A program made the position numbers and the translations under genes. This document shows positions 1 through 10,332 of a DNA stretch of 64,000 bases, in pieces. Below the pieces are notes generated by a model. That model made no database searches. It was not told the origin of the DNA and saw only the letters and a list, made by a program, of their open reading frames with translations. This stretch comes from Syntrophales bacterium. Its GTDB lineage: Bacteria; Desulfobacterota; Syntrophia; Syntrophales; UBA2210. The stretch covers positions 16,974-80,973 of the forward strand of contig JALOBE010000006.1 in NCBI GenBank assembly GCA_023228425.1, written 5' to 3'. Position 1 is the stretch's first letter. Each line of letters opens with the position of its first letter.

Positions 1-326
1 TGTCCTTGAGGGCGGGAGGCATCCTTGCCGGGGGCACGCCGCGGAAGCTGTCGGCATTGACGGCCTACGGTGAGAACATCGGCCTGCTGTTCCAGATAGT
101 CGACGATATTCTCAACGTGGAGGGCGATGCCGTCCTCATGGGGAAGGAGACCGGTTCAGACAGGAAGCGGGGAAAAGCGACCTACCCATCGATCGTGGGT
201 ATGGAGCCCGCCCGCCGAAAAGCGGCTGAACTCGTGGTGAGCGCCCTGGCAAGCCTCACATCCTTTGACGATCGTGCTGAACCGCTGCGCCTGATCGCGC
301 GGCACATGATGGAACGAAAAACATAA
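1..326 (+). CDS. ispA: polyprenyl (farnesyl/geranylgeranyl) diphosphate synthase, C-terminal part; the gene starts upstream of the window
   Basis: The translation contains the second Asp-rich motif region '[13 protein letters not shown]' followed by '[16 protein letters not shown]', typical of trans-prenyl synthases. It lies directly upstream of dxs, a common arrangement. Confidence 0.8.
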   Translation, partial: SLRAGGILAGGTPRKLSALTAYGENIGLLFQIVDDILNVEGDAVLMGKETGSDRKRGKATYPSIVGMEPARRKAAELVVSALASLTSFDDRAEPLRLIARHMMERKT

Positions 327-376
327 AGGCGGAGTGGCGGCTAGCGGAAACACTCCGCCCCGGAAGGATCTGTTCG

Positions 377-2275
377 GTGACCGAAAAAACCTTCTCGATT
401 CTCGAAAAAATTGAGACACCTGAAGATATCAGAAAACTCAAGATCGAAGATATCGCCTTTCTGGCGGAAGACATCAGGCGCCTCATAATAGGCACGGTTG
501 CCTCCAACGGAGGTCACCTGGCCCCGTCGCTGGGAGCTGTGGAACTGACGCTGGCCCTGCACTATGTCTTTGATACGCCGAAGGACAGGATAATCTGGGA
601 TGTGGGACACCAATCGTATGCCCACAAGATCATAACGGGACGAAAAAATGAATTTTCCACACTCAGGAAACTGGGAGGGATCGCTCCATTCCCGAAGCGG
701 GACGAAAGCCCCTACGATGTCTTCGGAGTGGGTCACAGCAGCACGTCGATCTCGGCCGGATCGGGCATCGTCGAGGCACGCGGTCTCACGGGAAAGGATT
801 TCAAGGTGGTGTGCGTCATCGGTGACGGCTCCATGACGGCAGGGCTTGCCTTTGAAGGACTGAACTGGGCCGGTGACCGCGAACAGGATCTGATCATAGT
901 ACTTAACGACAACGAGATGTCAATTTCCCCGAACGTGGGCGCCCTTTCATCCTATCTCAACAGGATAATGACAGGCCAGCACGTGGTGAAACTGAGGGCG
1001 GGCATCCTGAGTTTCCTGAAAACAATCCCCGGCATCGGAGAGCAGATGGTCAGGATAACGAAGCAGGCCGAGGAATCTCTGAAAGCTTTCATCGTTCCGG
1101 GCGTGCTCTTTGAAGAAATGGGATTCCAGTACGTAGGTCCCCTGGAGGGACATCGGGTGGATCACCTGATAAAAAATTTCGTCAACATCAAGACCCTGAA
1201 AGGTCCCGTGTTGGTTCACGTTGTCACCAGAAAAGGCAAGGGATATGCCCCCGCCGAGGCTGAACCGTCCCGTTTTCATGGAGTGGGACCCTTCGATGTT
1301 GCCACCGGAGAGCCGTTGCCCGGCCCCTCCGGTCCACCGGCATATACGGATATCTTCGGCCGGACCATGGTCAGACTTGCCCGTGAGAATCCGAAGATCG
1401 TGGCCATTACGGCGGCAATGAGTCAGGGGACGGGACTTGAAGCCTTTGCCGGAGCATTGCCGGAACGTTTCTTTGACGTGGGAATTGCCGAACCTCACGG
1501 CGTCACCTTCGCCGCGGGCCTGGCCGTGGAGGGTATTATCCCCGTGGTGGCCATCTATTCCACCTTTCTGCAGCGCGCCTACGACCAGGTTCTTCATGAC
1601 GTCTGCCTTCAGAAGCTTCCCGTTGTCTTTGCCCTCGATCGGGGCGGTATTGTCGGAGACGACGGCGCGACACATCAGGGAGTTTTTGATCTGTCCAGTC
1701 TACGTTCCATCCCCAACATCGTCGTCATGGCTCCCAAGGACGAAAACGAACTGCAGCACATGATGAAAACCGCCATCGAATTAGGGGGACCCGTTTCAAT
1801 CCGTTATCCCCGCGGCAAAGGGGAGGGAGTTCCTCTGGACGAGGACCTGAAAACCCTCGAGATAGGCCGCGGTGAGCTTCTTCGGCGGGGAAAGGACGCC
1901 GCTATCGTCGCCATCGGCTCCACCGTTTACCCGTCGCTGGAAGCGGCGTGGCTGCTCGCGGAGCGGGGCATCGACGTGAGTGTCGTCAACAGCCGCTTTG
2001 TGAAACCCCTCGATGAGAAGCTTGTCTGCGAGGTTGCCGCCGATACGGGAAGGGTGGTCACTGTTGAAGAGAATGTTCTCATGGGCGGATTCGGCAGTGC
2101 CGTCCTGGAACTTTACCAGGAACGGGGCTGTATGCCCGCGGTCATGAAGCGGCTTGGCATACCTGATCGATTCATCGAGCATGGTACACAGAAGGAGTTG
2201 AGAGAACGGTGCGGTATCGATGCCGGGGGAATCGCCGCTGCCGTTGAAGCCATGATGGATCGGACGGTTACGTGA
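377..2275 (+). CDS. dxs: 1-deoxy-D-xylulose-5-phosphate synthase
   Basis: 632 aa. It has '[20 protein letters not shown]', '[13 protein letters not shown]' and the TPP-binding '[15 protein letters not shown]'. The GTG start is preceded by AGGA about 7 nt upstream. Confidence 0.95.
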   Translation: MTEKTFSILEKIETPEDIRKLKIEDIAFLAEDIRRLIIGTVASNGGHLAPSLGAVELTLALHYVFDTPKDRIIWDVGHQSYAHKIITGRKNEFSTLRKLGGIAPFPKRDESPYDVFGVGHSSTSISAGSGIVEARGLTGKDFKVVCVIGDGSMTAGLAFEGLNWAGDREQDLIIVLNDNEMSISPNVGALSSYLNRIMTGQHVVKLRAGILSFLKTIPGIGEQMVRITKQAEESLKAFIVPGVLFEEMGFQYVGPLEGHRVDHLIKNFVNIKTLKGPVLVHVVTRKGKGYAPAEAEPSRFHGVGPFDVATGEPLPGPSGPPAYTDIFGRTMVRLARENPKIVAITAAMSQGTGLEAFAGALPERFFDVGIAEPHGVTFAAGLAVEGIIPVVAIYSTFLQRAYDQVLHDVCLQKLPVVFALDRGGIVGDDGATHQGVFDLSSLRSIPNIVVMAPKDENELQHMMKTAIELGGPVSIRYPRGKGEGVPLDEDLKTLEIGRGELLRRGKDAAIVAIGSTVYPSLEAAWLLAERGIDVSVVNSRFVKPLDEKLVCEVAADTGRVVTVEENVLMGGFGSAVLELYQERGCMPAVMKRLGIPDRFIEHGTQKELRERCGIDAGGIAAAVEAMMDRTVT

Positions 2276-3036
2276 CAGCCGCGAAGGACAATGACAAGGT
2301 CGCGGGACGCTCCAGACTTGACAAGGCAATGGTCGACCGGGGGCTGGCCTCGTCGCGTGAACGGGCGAGGGCGCTGATATTGTCCGGGTCGGTCATCGTT
2401 GATGACACGGTTATGGACAAGGCGGGAGACCTGGTCCGTCCCGATGCGGCTATTCGCATACGGGGACATGACAATCCCTACGTGAGCCGGGGAGGGTTGA
2501 AGCTCAAGCACGCCCTGGACGCCTTCGGCATTGATGTCCATGACAAGGTGGCCCTTGACGTCGGGGCCTCGACGGGAGGATTTACCGATTGCCTTCTCCA
2601 GGAAGGCGCCCGCCGCGTCTATGCCCTCGATGTGGGATATGGCCAGGTCGCGTGGAAGCTGAGGGTCGACAACCGGGTCGTTCTGTTCGAGAGGACCAAC
2701 ATCCGCACCTTCGACGTGACCCGTATCCCCGATACCATTGACATCACCACTGTCGATGTCTCGTTCATTTCCCTGAAGCTGGTTCTCCCCGTTCTCTTTC
2801 CGGGTCTGCCACGGGGTGCCCTGGTTCTCGCCCTCATAAAACCACAGTTCGAGGCGGGACGGCCTGATGTCGGAAAGGGCGGTGTGATCAGAAACCCTGA
2901 AGTTCAGATGAGAGTGGTCCGTGAAATACGTGAGTATGCCGGTAATGTCGGGTTTCTGGTCAAAGGTTCATGCGAATCCCCCCTGCGGGGACCGGCGGGA
3001 AACCGGGAATTTTTTCTTTGTGCCGGCCGACCGTGA
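2272..3036 (+). CDS. tlyA: TlyA-family rRNA 2'-O-methyltransferase (hemolysin A-like)
   Basis: 254 aa. It has an S4-like N-terminus '[22 protein letters not shown]' and an FtsJ-type SAM site '[15 protein letters not shown]'. Its GTGA start overlaps the dxs stop. Confidence 0.85.
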   Translation: MTAAKDNDKVAGRSRLDKAMVDRGLASSRERARALILSGSVIVDDTVMDKAGDLVRPDAAIRIRGHDNPYVSRGGLKLKHALDAFGIDVHDKVALDVGASTGGFTDCLLQEGARRVYALDVGYGQVAWKLRVDNRVVLFERTNIRTFDVTRIPDTIDITTVDVSFISLKLVLPVLFPGLPRGALVLALIKPQFEAGRPDVGKGGVIRNPEVQMRVVREIREYAGNVGFLVKGSCESPLRGPAGNREFFLCAGRP

Positions 3037-3063
3037 AACAGGCATGCGAGTAATCCCCCTGCC

Positions 3064-4800
3064 ATGACAGTAAAACTTGCAAAAACAGCGGGCTTTTGCA
3101 TGGGCGTGAGACGCGCCGTGGATATCGTTCTTGATATTGCCGGTCGGAAGGGCACCGGTCCAGTTTACACTTATGGAGAAATCATTCACAACCCTCAAAC
3201 AGTTGATCTGCTGAGGAAGAGGGGAATCATTCCGGTCAGGACCATTGATGAAATCGACGGCGGAACGGTGGTTATACGGGCGCATGGCATATCGCCCCAG
3301 GAGCGGAGGCGGCTCAAGGAACGGGATATCACGGTTATCGATGCCACCTGCCCCCGGGTGGGCCGTGTCCAGTCAATCATCAAGAAACACACCTCCCTAG
3401 GCTACGACATTATCATTGTCGGCGACAGCGAACACCCTGAAGTGACCGGTCTTATGGGCTATGCCGAGCCCGGAGGGATCGTCATAAGCAGCAGCGAAGA
3501 GGTGGACGGTCTTCCGCCGCTGGGAAGGGTCTGCGTGGTCGCCCAGACGACGCAGAACGCGGCACACTATGAGAGGGTCGTTAAAAAGATTAAAGAAACC
3601 TATTCGGACGTCCTTGTTTTCAACACCATCTGTGACTCAACGGAGCGGCGCCAGGCGGAAATAGTGCGCATGACTGCTGAAATGGACACCATGATCATCG
3701 TGGGTGGAAAAAACAGCGCTAATACGAAACAGCTTCTGGTACTGTCCCAAAAATCCGGGATTCCTTCATTCCAGGTGGAAACAGCGGAAGACCTGCAGGA
3801 TATAGACCTCGGCCAGGCCGGTACGATAGGTGTGTCAGCCGGGGCGTCGACGCCCAACTGGATAACCGACGGGGTGGTTGACTACCTGACGATGTACCGT
3901 AAGGATCGGGGCAAAAGATACCTGGGCAGTCTCTACCGGATTTGGCTTTTCTGCATCAGGACCGATATCTGGTCAGCCGTGGGAGCGGGTTCGCTGACGG
4001 CGGTCGGCATGGCACTTCAAGGACTTGCCCTGAGCTGGGTCAACGTACTTGTGGCGGCTTTCTACGTGTTTTCCATGCACACGCTCAACAGGCTTCAGGA
4101 TCGTTACCTGGCAAACATACAGGGGAGCTTCAGGGATGAAACCTACCTGCGCCACCGGACCTCATACTCGGCCGCGTCCTTTATTTCCCTCGCTCTTGCC
4201 ATAATCCTCTCTTTTTTCGCAGGGACAGCTCCCTTTGTCTCCCTGGTCCTGATTTCCATTTTCGGCTATTTCTACGGCGTTCGTATTTTTCCCGCCGGGT
4301 GGCCCTTCAAGAGTCTGAAAAACATTCCCGGATCGAAAAACATTTTTATCGCTCTTGCCTGGGCCGTCGTTGCGGCTCTGGTTTCTTCCCTGGGAGCGGC
4401 GGATGTTTCCCCCGGTGCCGCGCTAATGGCCTTTGCCTTTGTTTTTTTACTGGTTTTTATGAAGTCGGTTATCACAGACCTGGTGGATGTTCAGAGCGAC
4501 CGCCTGGTGGGAAGGGAGACCTTTCCTGTCGTAATGGGCGAATATTTTTCTCGAAGGCTCGTAAAGAGCATATCGCTGGCAACGGCAGTGATGCTTGTGG
4601 CCGCGACATGGGCGGGGCCGGCGCCCCCCTTGGCGCTGTCACTTTTGGCGGCAGTTTTTTATGTGTGGATTTGTTTGGAACTTTGTGATAGAAAAGCGCA
4701 CTTTTCCAGAACCGCCCTTGAAGGATTTTTCGGGACCATATATATTATCGCCGGCATGGGTGTTTTGATATGGAGGACGGTGGAGCGACTGCTGTTCTGA
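3064..4800 (+). CDS. ispH: 4-hydroxy-3-methylbut-2-enyl diphosphate reductase (IspH/LytB) fused to a C-terminal polytopic UbiA-like membrane domain
   Basis: 578 aa. The N-terminal ~285 aa is IspH-like ('AKTAGFCMGVRRAV', 'HGISPQ', 'DATCPRV', 'GASTPNW'). The C-terminal ~290 aa is hydrophobic with about 8-9 helices and carries 'DLVDVQSDRLVG' (DxxDxxxD). See findings. Confidence 0.85.
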   Translation: MTVKLAKTAGFCMGVRRAVDIVLDIAGRKGTGPVYTYGEIIHNPQTVDLLRKRGIIPVRTIDEIDGGTVVIRAHGISPQERRRLKERDITVIDATCPRVGRVQSIIKKHTSLGYDIIIVGDSEHPEVTGLMGYAEPGGIVISSSEEVDGLPPLGRVCVVAQTTQNAAHYERVVKKIKETYSDVLVFNTICDSTERRQAEIVRMTAEMDTMIIVGGKNSANTKQLLVLSQKSGIPSFQVETAEDLQDIDLGQAGTIGVSAGASTPNWITDGVVDYLTMYRKDRGKRYLGSLYRIWLFCIRTDIWSAVGAGSLTAVGMALQGLALSWVNVLVAAFYVFSMHTLNRLQDRYLANIQGSFRDETYLRHRTSYSAASFISLALAIILSFFAGTAPFVSLVLISIFGYFYGVRIFPAGWPFKSLKNIPGSKNIFIALAWAVVAALVSSLGAADVSPGAALMAFAFVFLLVFMKSVITDLVDVQSDRLVGRETFPVVMGEYFSRRLVKSISLATAVMLVAATWAGPAPPLALSLLAAVFYVWICLELCDRKAHFSRTALEGFFGTIYIIAGMGVLIWRTVERLLF

Positions 4801-4827
4801 TGATACTGGAGTGAAGACAGGTTTGAT

Positions 4828-5424
4828 GTGAAACTGCAACCAATGTTCAAAGCCGTCGTCATCGTTGCGGCGATACTTGCCCTCGTCAGTTGCGGCGGTT
4901 CCCTGCGGTATTCGAAAATCGAGCCGGAAGCGTCCGGCTTCAGTCCGCGAAATATTGCCGTTGTGTCCGTCGACGCCGGTCCCCATAGCGATGCGGCCGG
5001 GAAAGCGGACGAGGTAATAGCCGACGTGCTTGTCCGGACAGGAAGGTATGCCGTGGTTCTCACTACTGAACGGGTCCGGGAAGCGGCGACAGATGAACCC
5101 CTGAAGTCAAATCTCGCCGATTACCTGGAAAAACTCGAGGTAGTCAATTTCTCGGATCCCGACCTGAGTACCGTTATCGGCGAAGCCCTGGGAGTCGAGG
5201 CTTTCCTTGTGGCGGCGGTATCTTTCTGGAGTCACACCCTGAACCCGAAAGGAAAAGAAATCGCGAGGGTGGGTCTGGAAATGAAGATGATAGACGTGTC
5301 CACGGGACGTATTGTCTGGACGGCGCATCATTTCGATGAGCAGCGGTATCGTCTTTTCAAGCCCGACCTGGCGGATGTGGGGCGCAGGGTCGCCCGGAAA
5401 ATGATTGAGGGATTGCCCCGTTGA
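4828..5424 (+). CDS. putative lipoprotein (TolB-N/LpoB/FlgO-like alpha-beta domain)
   Basis: 198 aa. It has a signal peptide with the lipobox 'LALVSC'. There is no catalytic motif. The start is either GTG 4828 or ATG 4843. Confidence 0.55.
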   Translation: MKLQPMFKAVVIVAAILALVSCGGSLRYSKIEPEASGFSPRNIAVVSVDAGPHSDAAGKADEVIADVLVRTGRYAVVLTTERVREAATDEPLKSNLADYLEKLEVVNFSDPDLSTVIGEALGVEAFLVAAVSFWSHTLNPKGKEIARVGLEMKMIDVSTGRIVWTAHHFDEQRYRLFKPDLADVGRRVARKMIEGLPR

Positions 5425-5486
5425 GGAAGTAGTGAAAAAGTCTGTTTTCCCGGAGGTCCTCAGGGAAACAGCAATGGATAAGTTAA

Positions 5487-5699
<213 letters not shown>

Positions 5700-5788
5700 T
5701 GCGAGCCGCTGGAGATGGCGGCCGGAGACGCTGTCCCGTTCCTTCGCGTTCCTTGTATGGTATGATATAGCCTTGTTCAGGAAACGGT

Positions 5789-6430
5789 ATGGGTTTATTT
5801 ATTACATTTGAGGGAATCGAAGGTTCCGGGAAAAGCACCCAGATGGCTCTCCTTGCCGCGGATCTGGAGAAGCGGGGCATACACTGCCGTGCTACCAGTG
5901 AACCCGGGGGAAGTGAACTGGGCAGGGAGCTTCGCAGACTCCTCCTCCAGGGAATCGCGCTTGATATCACGGCGCGTTCGGAGCTGCTGCTCTTTGCCGC
6001 TGACCGTGCCCAGCATGTCGAACGAGTGATACTGCCCGCTCTTCAAGATGGTGCCATTGTGTTGTGTGACCGTTTTTCCGATGCCACAATGGCTTATCAG
6101 GGATGCGGGCGAGGATTGGCGCGGGACGATGTAGCCATGATCAATGATTTCGCCGCCGGCTCATTGAAACCTCACTACACGCTGCTCTTTGACATGCCGC
6201 CGGAGCAGGGACTTGCCCGGGTTCGCCGGCGGGCTGTGGATGCCGGAATCCGGGGGGACTCCCATGACCGGTTTGAAGAGGAACATTTGGAGTTTCACCG
6301 GCGGGTGCGAGAGGGATATCTTGCTCTTGCCGCAAAGGAGCCGGATCGGTTCCGGATTATCGATGCCGGCGGTAATGTGGACACGGTCTTCAGGAATGTA
6401 AAAGATGCGGTGTCAGTCATGCTTGAATAG
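5789..6430 (+). CDS. tmk: thymidylate kinase
   Basis: 213 aa. It has the P-loop 'FITFEGIEGSGKSTQ' and 'DRFSDATMAYQG'. Confidence 0.9.
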   Translation: MGLFITFEGIEGSGKSTQMALLAADLEKRGIHCRATSEPGGSELGRELRRLLLQGIALDITARSELLLFAADRAQHVERVILPALQDGAIVLCDRFSDATMAYQGCGRGLARDDVAMINDFAAGSLKPHYTLLFDMPPEQGLARVRRRAVDAGIRGDSHDRFEEEHLEFHRRVREGYLALAAKEPDRFRIIDAGGNVDTVFRNVKDAVSVMLE

Positions 6431-6437
6431 TACCATC

Positions 6438-7460
6438 ATGCCCTTTTCAAATATCTACGGTCATGAACGGCAGATCGCCCTTCTGAACAATTCCCTGGCC
6501 ATGAACCGGGTTGCCCAGAGCTACCTTTTTTACGGGATGGCCGGCCTGGGGAAAAAAACGGTCGCTGCGTCCTTCGCCCGGGCCCTGAACTGCCGGGGCA
6601 CGGAACGGGACTCCGGTGAACAGTGCTCCTCGTGCCGCACGATTGTCTCGGGGAATCATCCCGATGTCCTTCGTGTCGTTCCCCGGGGCGCCTTCATAAG
6701 AATCGAAGATATTCGAGACGTGGCAAAGGGGATGCGCTTTCGCCCCATGGAGGGGAGACGGCGGGTCGTGATCATCGAGGATGCCGACAGAATGAACAAT
6801 GCCGCGGCCAACGCTTTCCTGAAAACCCTGGAAGAGCCGTCTCCGGACAATGTTCTGATAGTGATCACCTCACGCTGTGAGAGTCTTCCCAAAACGATTC
6901 TTTCTCGGTGCCAGAAGGTGCGCTTCAATCCTCTTCCCCCAAACGCCGTGGAAGCGTACCTGCGGGAACGGCTCGGTCTTGATGAGGACGAAGCGAAACT
7001 CCTTGCCGCCGCTTCGGGAGGAAGTATCGGGCGCATTCTGGACAGGGACAAGCAGACCTGGCGTCATGTCAGAGATGAGATAATTGCCTGTATGGTTCCC
7101 GGGGATGCGACGGCGGAGGACGGGAATCCCCTGGCAGTGATTGTGGCGGCACAGCGCTTTGGCGAGGACAGGAACGAAATCGCCCTCAAGCTCGATCTTC
7201 TGAAAGAGTGGTTCCGCGATGCCCTGGTGCTTCGCGAGAACGGACGGGACGGGCTCCTTATTCACGGCGATACGGCGGATGCCGCAGCGATCTGTGCGAA
7301 TACCCGTTCCACCCGAGACATACTCATGGCGCTCGAGGCCATCGATCATGCCCGGAAGGGTATTGAACGCAATGGCAACCGGCAGTTGATACTGGAGGCG
7401 ATGCTTTTCAGGATCGGCGCATCGGGCGCGGTAAGCCGGGTTTATGAATCTATACAGTGA
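6438..7460 (+). CDS. holB: DNA polymerase III subunit delta'
   Basis: It has an AAA+ clamp-loader-like 'YLFYGMAGLGKKT', a zinc module 'CRGTERDSGEQCSSCR' and 'SRCQKVRF'. ATG 6438 is preferred over the ORF-track start at 6405, which overlaps tmk. Confidence 0.85.
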   Translation: MPFSNIYGHERQIALLNNSLAMNRVAQSYLFYGMAGLGKKTVAASFARALNCRGTERDSGEQCSSCRTIVSGNHPDVLRVVPRGAFIRIEDIRDVAKGMRFRPMEGRRRVVIIEDADRMNNAAANAFLKTLEEPSPDNVLIVITSRCESLPKTILSRCQKVRFNPLPPNAVEAYLRERLGLDEDEAKLLAAASGGSIGRILDRDKQTWRHVRDEIIACMVPGDATAEDGNPLAVIVAAQRFGEDRNEIALKLDLLKEWFRDALVLRENGRDGLLIHGDTADAAAICANTRSTRDILMALEAIDHARKGIERNGNRQLILEAMLFRIGASGAVSRVYESIQ

Positions 7461-7495
7461 CGATATCGTAAAAAATCGAAAATCGTCTGAAACGG

Positions 7496-8335
7496 ATGAA
7501 CACAATGATTGACAATCAGGAAAGCCGCTCCCTGGTAGGCGTCAGGTTCCGGGCGAAGGGAAAGGTATATACTTTCGACGGAGGCGGTGTTCCAGTCGAA
7601 AAAAATGATACGGTTATTGTGGACACGGAAAATGGAGAAGCCATCGGAACTGTTGTTACGGTGACAAAAGTGGCCGTCGGGACAAGGACTCATGACAATA
7701 TGAAGTTCCTGTTGAGGAAAGCCGGGGAAGCGGACCTGACGAGGGCCGCCGAGAACAGCAGCATTGAAAAAGAGGCCTTTCAATTCTGCCGAAAACGGAT
7801 AGCCCATCGAAACCTTGCCATGAAACTGGTGGAGGTCTCCTATCTCTTTAACCGCAGCAAGCTTGTTTTTTATTTCGCTGCTGAAAGCAGAGTGGATTTC
7901 AGGGGACTCGTCAAGGATCTCGTCGCGGCTTACAGAACCCGTATTGAATTGCGGCAGATATGGGTGCGGAGCGAGGCCCGGTTTTTCGGCGGTATCGGAA
8001 TGTGCGGGCGTGAACTCTGCTGTGTCGGGTTCCTCGAGTCCTTCGGCACGGTGTCCATAAAAATGGCAAAAGAACAGAACATGCTCCTCAATCCGGAAAA
8101 AATTTCCGGTCTCTGCGGGCGACTGATGTGCTGCCTCGCCTTTGAGTACGACAGTTACCGGGAATCTCGAAAAAACATGCCCAGGTGCGGAAGAACGGTA
8201 GTGCTTTCTCAGGGACGCGGAAAGGTGGTCAGGCAAAACGTACTTGAGGAAAAAATATTCGTCGATTTCGGAGAGGGCAGGGAGGCGGAGGTTTCCGTCA
8301 AAGACGTTATCAGTGTTGAACCGGCACGATCATGA
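7496..8335 (+). CDS. PSP1 domain protein (RicT/YaaT-like)
   Basis: 279 aa. It has the Cys-rich 'CGRELCCVGFL...CGRLMCCLAFE' characteristic of PSP1/YaaT. It follows holB, as in many bacteria. Confidence 0.8.
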   Translation: MNTMIDNQESRSLVGVRFRAKGKVYTFDGGGVPVEKNDTVIVDTENGEAIGTVVTVTKVAVGTRTHDNMKFLLRKAGEADLTRAAENSSIEKEAFQFCRKRIAHRNLAMKLVEVSYLFNRSKLVFYFAAESRVDFRGLVKDLVAAYRTRIELRQIWVRSEARFFGGIGMCGRELCCVGFLESFGTVSIKMAKEQNMLLNPEKISGLCGRLMCCLAFEYDSYRESRKNMPRCGRTVVLSQGRGKVVRQNVLEEKIFVDFGEGREAEVSVKDVISVEPARS

Positions 8336-8348
8336 CGAACCGGGAGAA

Positions 8349-10241
8349 ATGACAATGAAAGACGCTTTCTATATCACAACTCCTATCTACTACGTGAATG
8401 CACCTCCCCATATCGGCCATGCCTTCACGACCATCGTGGCCGATGTGATGGCGCGCTTCCACCGCATGATGGGAAAGCCCACTTTTTTTCTCACCGGGAC
8501 TGACGAGCACGGTGATAAAATCGCCGAAGCCGCCGCTGCCGCGGGCATTTCACCCCGGGAGTATGCCGACATGATAAGTTCCAAGTTTCGAGAACTCTGG
8601 CCCAGGCTGAACATTACCAATGATTACTTTATCCGCACCACCGATGAAAACCATCAGGCGGTGGTCCGGTCGATCCTTCAAAAGGTATATGACGCAGGGG
8701 ACATCTATTTCGGCGAATACGAAGGAAACTATTGTGTCGGCTGCGAACGCTTCTACCGTGAATCCGAGCTGGTGGACGGACGGTGCCCTGATCACCGGAG
8801 CGTTCCCGAGGTGAGGAAGGAAAGTAATTACTTTTTCACCATGAGCAAGTATCAGGACTGGCTGATTCGCTACATAACGGATAACCCCGATTTTATCAGG
8901 CCCGAACGCTATAGAAATGAAGCACTTGCTTTTTTGAGGGAACCGCTGGAGGACCTCTGTATATCGCGGCCGAAATCGCGGCTGACCTGGGGAATCACAC
9001 TGCCTTTTGACGACAACTATGTCACCTACGTCTGGTTCGACGCGCTCATCAACTATATCACCGGCCTGGGCTATCCGGACCATGAAAACTTCCGGACATT
9101 CTGGCCGTCGTCCCAGCATCTGATCGCCAAGGATATCCTCAAGCCCCATGGAATATACTGGCCCACCATGCTCAAGGCGGCGGGAATTGAACCCTATCGT
9201 CACCTGAACGTTCACGGGTACTGGAACATCGATGCCGGAAAGATGTCGAAAAGCCGGGGCACTGTGGTCAAGCCCCTTGACCTGAAAGACAAGTACGGCC
9301 TTGACGCGTTCAGATACTATCTGATGCGGGAGATGGTCTTCGGCCTGGACGCCGGTTTCAGCGAAGAAGGTCTCGTGGGGCGCCTTAACTCGGATCTTGC
9401 CAACGACCTGGGTAACCTGGTGAGCAGGAGCCTTTCGATGGCCGTGAAGTATTGCGCCGGGGCCGTGCCCCTCCGGGGGGACGGGTCCGATGAACTCGAC
9501 GGCGGACTCATCAGGCAGGGAGAATCCCTGGCAGAGACGCTCGAGCGGTCTTTCGAAAGTCTCCAGTTTCACAGGGCCCTCATGACGATTTGGGAATTCA
9601 TCAATGCCGCCAACAAGTACATTGTCACAACCGAGCCATGGGTTCTGGCCAGGACTGACGCTTTGAAGAACCGTCTTCAGGAGGTCATGTATAATGTCCT
9701 CGAGGCTCTTCGCGTCATCGCGGTGGCCCTTTCCCCGTTCATGCCCGATACGTCGACGGAGATTCTCAGACGGCTGGGCCTGGACGAACCCCCCGTCCTT
9801 GATGCCGTCAGGGTATGGGGCGGTCTCAGGTCGGGGAGCGTCCTTGACAGGGGAGAGGCGCTGTTCCCCCGCGTCAGCCTGGAAAAAGAGTCCGCCGAGG
9901 TTGCAGAAATTGACATGAAAGACATCGTTGATATACAGGCCTTTCAGCAGCTGGACATTCGGGTGGCCCGCGTTCTTGAAGCGCAAGCCGTTCCCAAATC
10001 ATCAAAGCTGATCCAACTGACAATAGACGTGGGCGAGGAGCGGACCATCGTGGCCGGAATCGGACAGGATTACAATCCCGGCGATCTGGAGGGGAAGCTC
10101 ATCGCCGTTGTAGTGAACCTGAAGCCCGTGACAATCATGGGAGTGGAGTCCCGGGGAATGCTTCTGGCCGCTGAAGACAAAGGCGGTTTGAGCCTTGTGA
10201 CCTTTGACGGCGAGACGACGGCGGGAGCCAGGATCGGGTAG
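8349..10241 (+). CDS. metG: methionine--tRNA ligase with a C-terminal tRNA-binding (EMAP/Trbp111-like) domain
   Basis: It has the 'HIGH' motif region 'PHIGHAFT', 'KMSKS', and a zinc knuckle 'CVGCERF...CPDH'. The C-terminus is 'DIRVARVLEAQAVPKSSKLIQLTIDVG'. ATG 8349 with an upstream GGGAG is preferred over the track start at 8244. Confidence 0.95.
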   Translation: MTMKDAFYITTPIYYVNAPPHIGHAFTTIVADVMARFHRMMGKPTFFLTGTDEHGDKIAEAAAAAGISPREYADMISSKFRELWPRLNITNDYFIRTTDENHQAVVRSILQKVYDAGDIYFGEYEGNYCVGCERFYRESELVDGRCPDHRSVPEVRKESNYFFTMSKYQDWLIRYITDNPDFIRPERYRNEALAFLREPLEDLCISRPKSRLTWGITLPFDDNYVTYVWFDALINYITGLGYPDHENFRTFWPSSQHLIAKDILKPHGIYWPTMLKAAGIEPYRHLNVHGYWNIDAGKMSKSRGTVVKPLDLKDKYGLDAFRYYLMREMVFGLDAGFSEEGLVGRLNSDLANDLGNLVSRSLSMAVKYCAGAVPLRGDGSDELDGGLIRQGESLAETLERSFESLQFHRALMTIWEFINAANKYIVTTEPWVLARTDALKNRLQEVMYNVLEALRVIAVALSPFMPDTSTEILRRLGLDEPPVLDAVRVWGGLRSGSVLDRGEALFPRVSLEKESAEVAEIDMKDIVDIQAFQQLDIRVARVLEAQAVPKSSKLIQLTIDVGEERTIVAGIGQDYNPGDLEGKLIAVVVNLKPVTIMGVESRGMLLAAEDKGGLSLVTFDGETTAGARIG

Positions 10242-10332
10242 GGAAAGACCGGCTTGTGAACCGGGACAGCGGGTGCCGGTCACTTTCCTTTCCGACACCC
10301 GCCGGTGTTCTGTTGCCTTTTCTGTTAAGCGG

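Noticed and set aside
8550-9986. 478-aa ORF on the minus strand
   Set aside because: It is antisense to metG (HIGH/KMSKS motifs on the + strand). It is a shadow ORF.
10270-10310. Hairpins (GCGGGTG...CACCCGC and ACACC-CGCC-GGTGT) between convergent metG and gap, as possible bidirectional terminators
   Set aside because: The stems are short or have large loops, and there are only weak T-tracts. This is too ambiguous to call as a feature.
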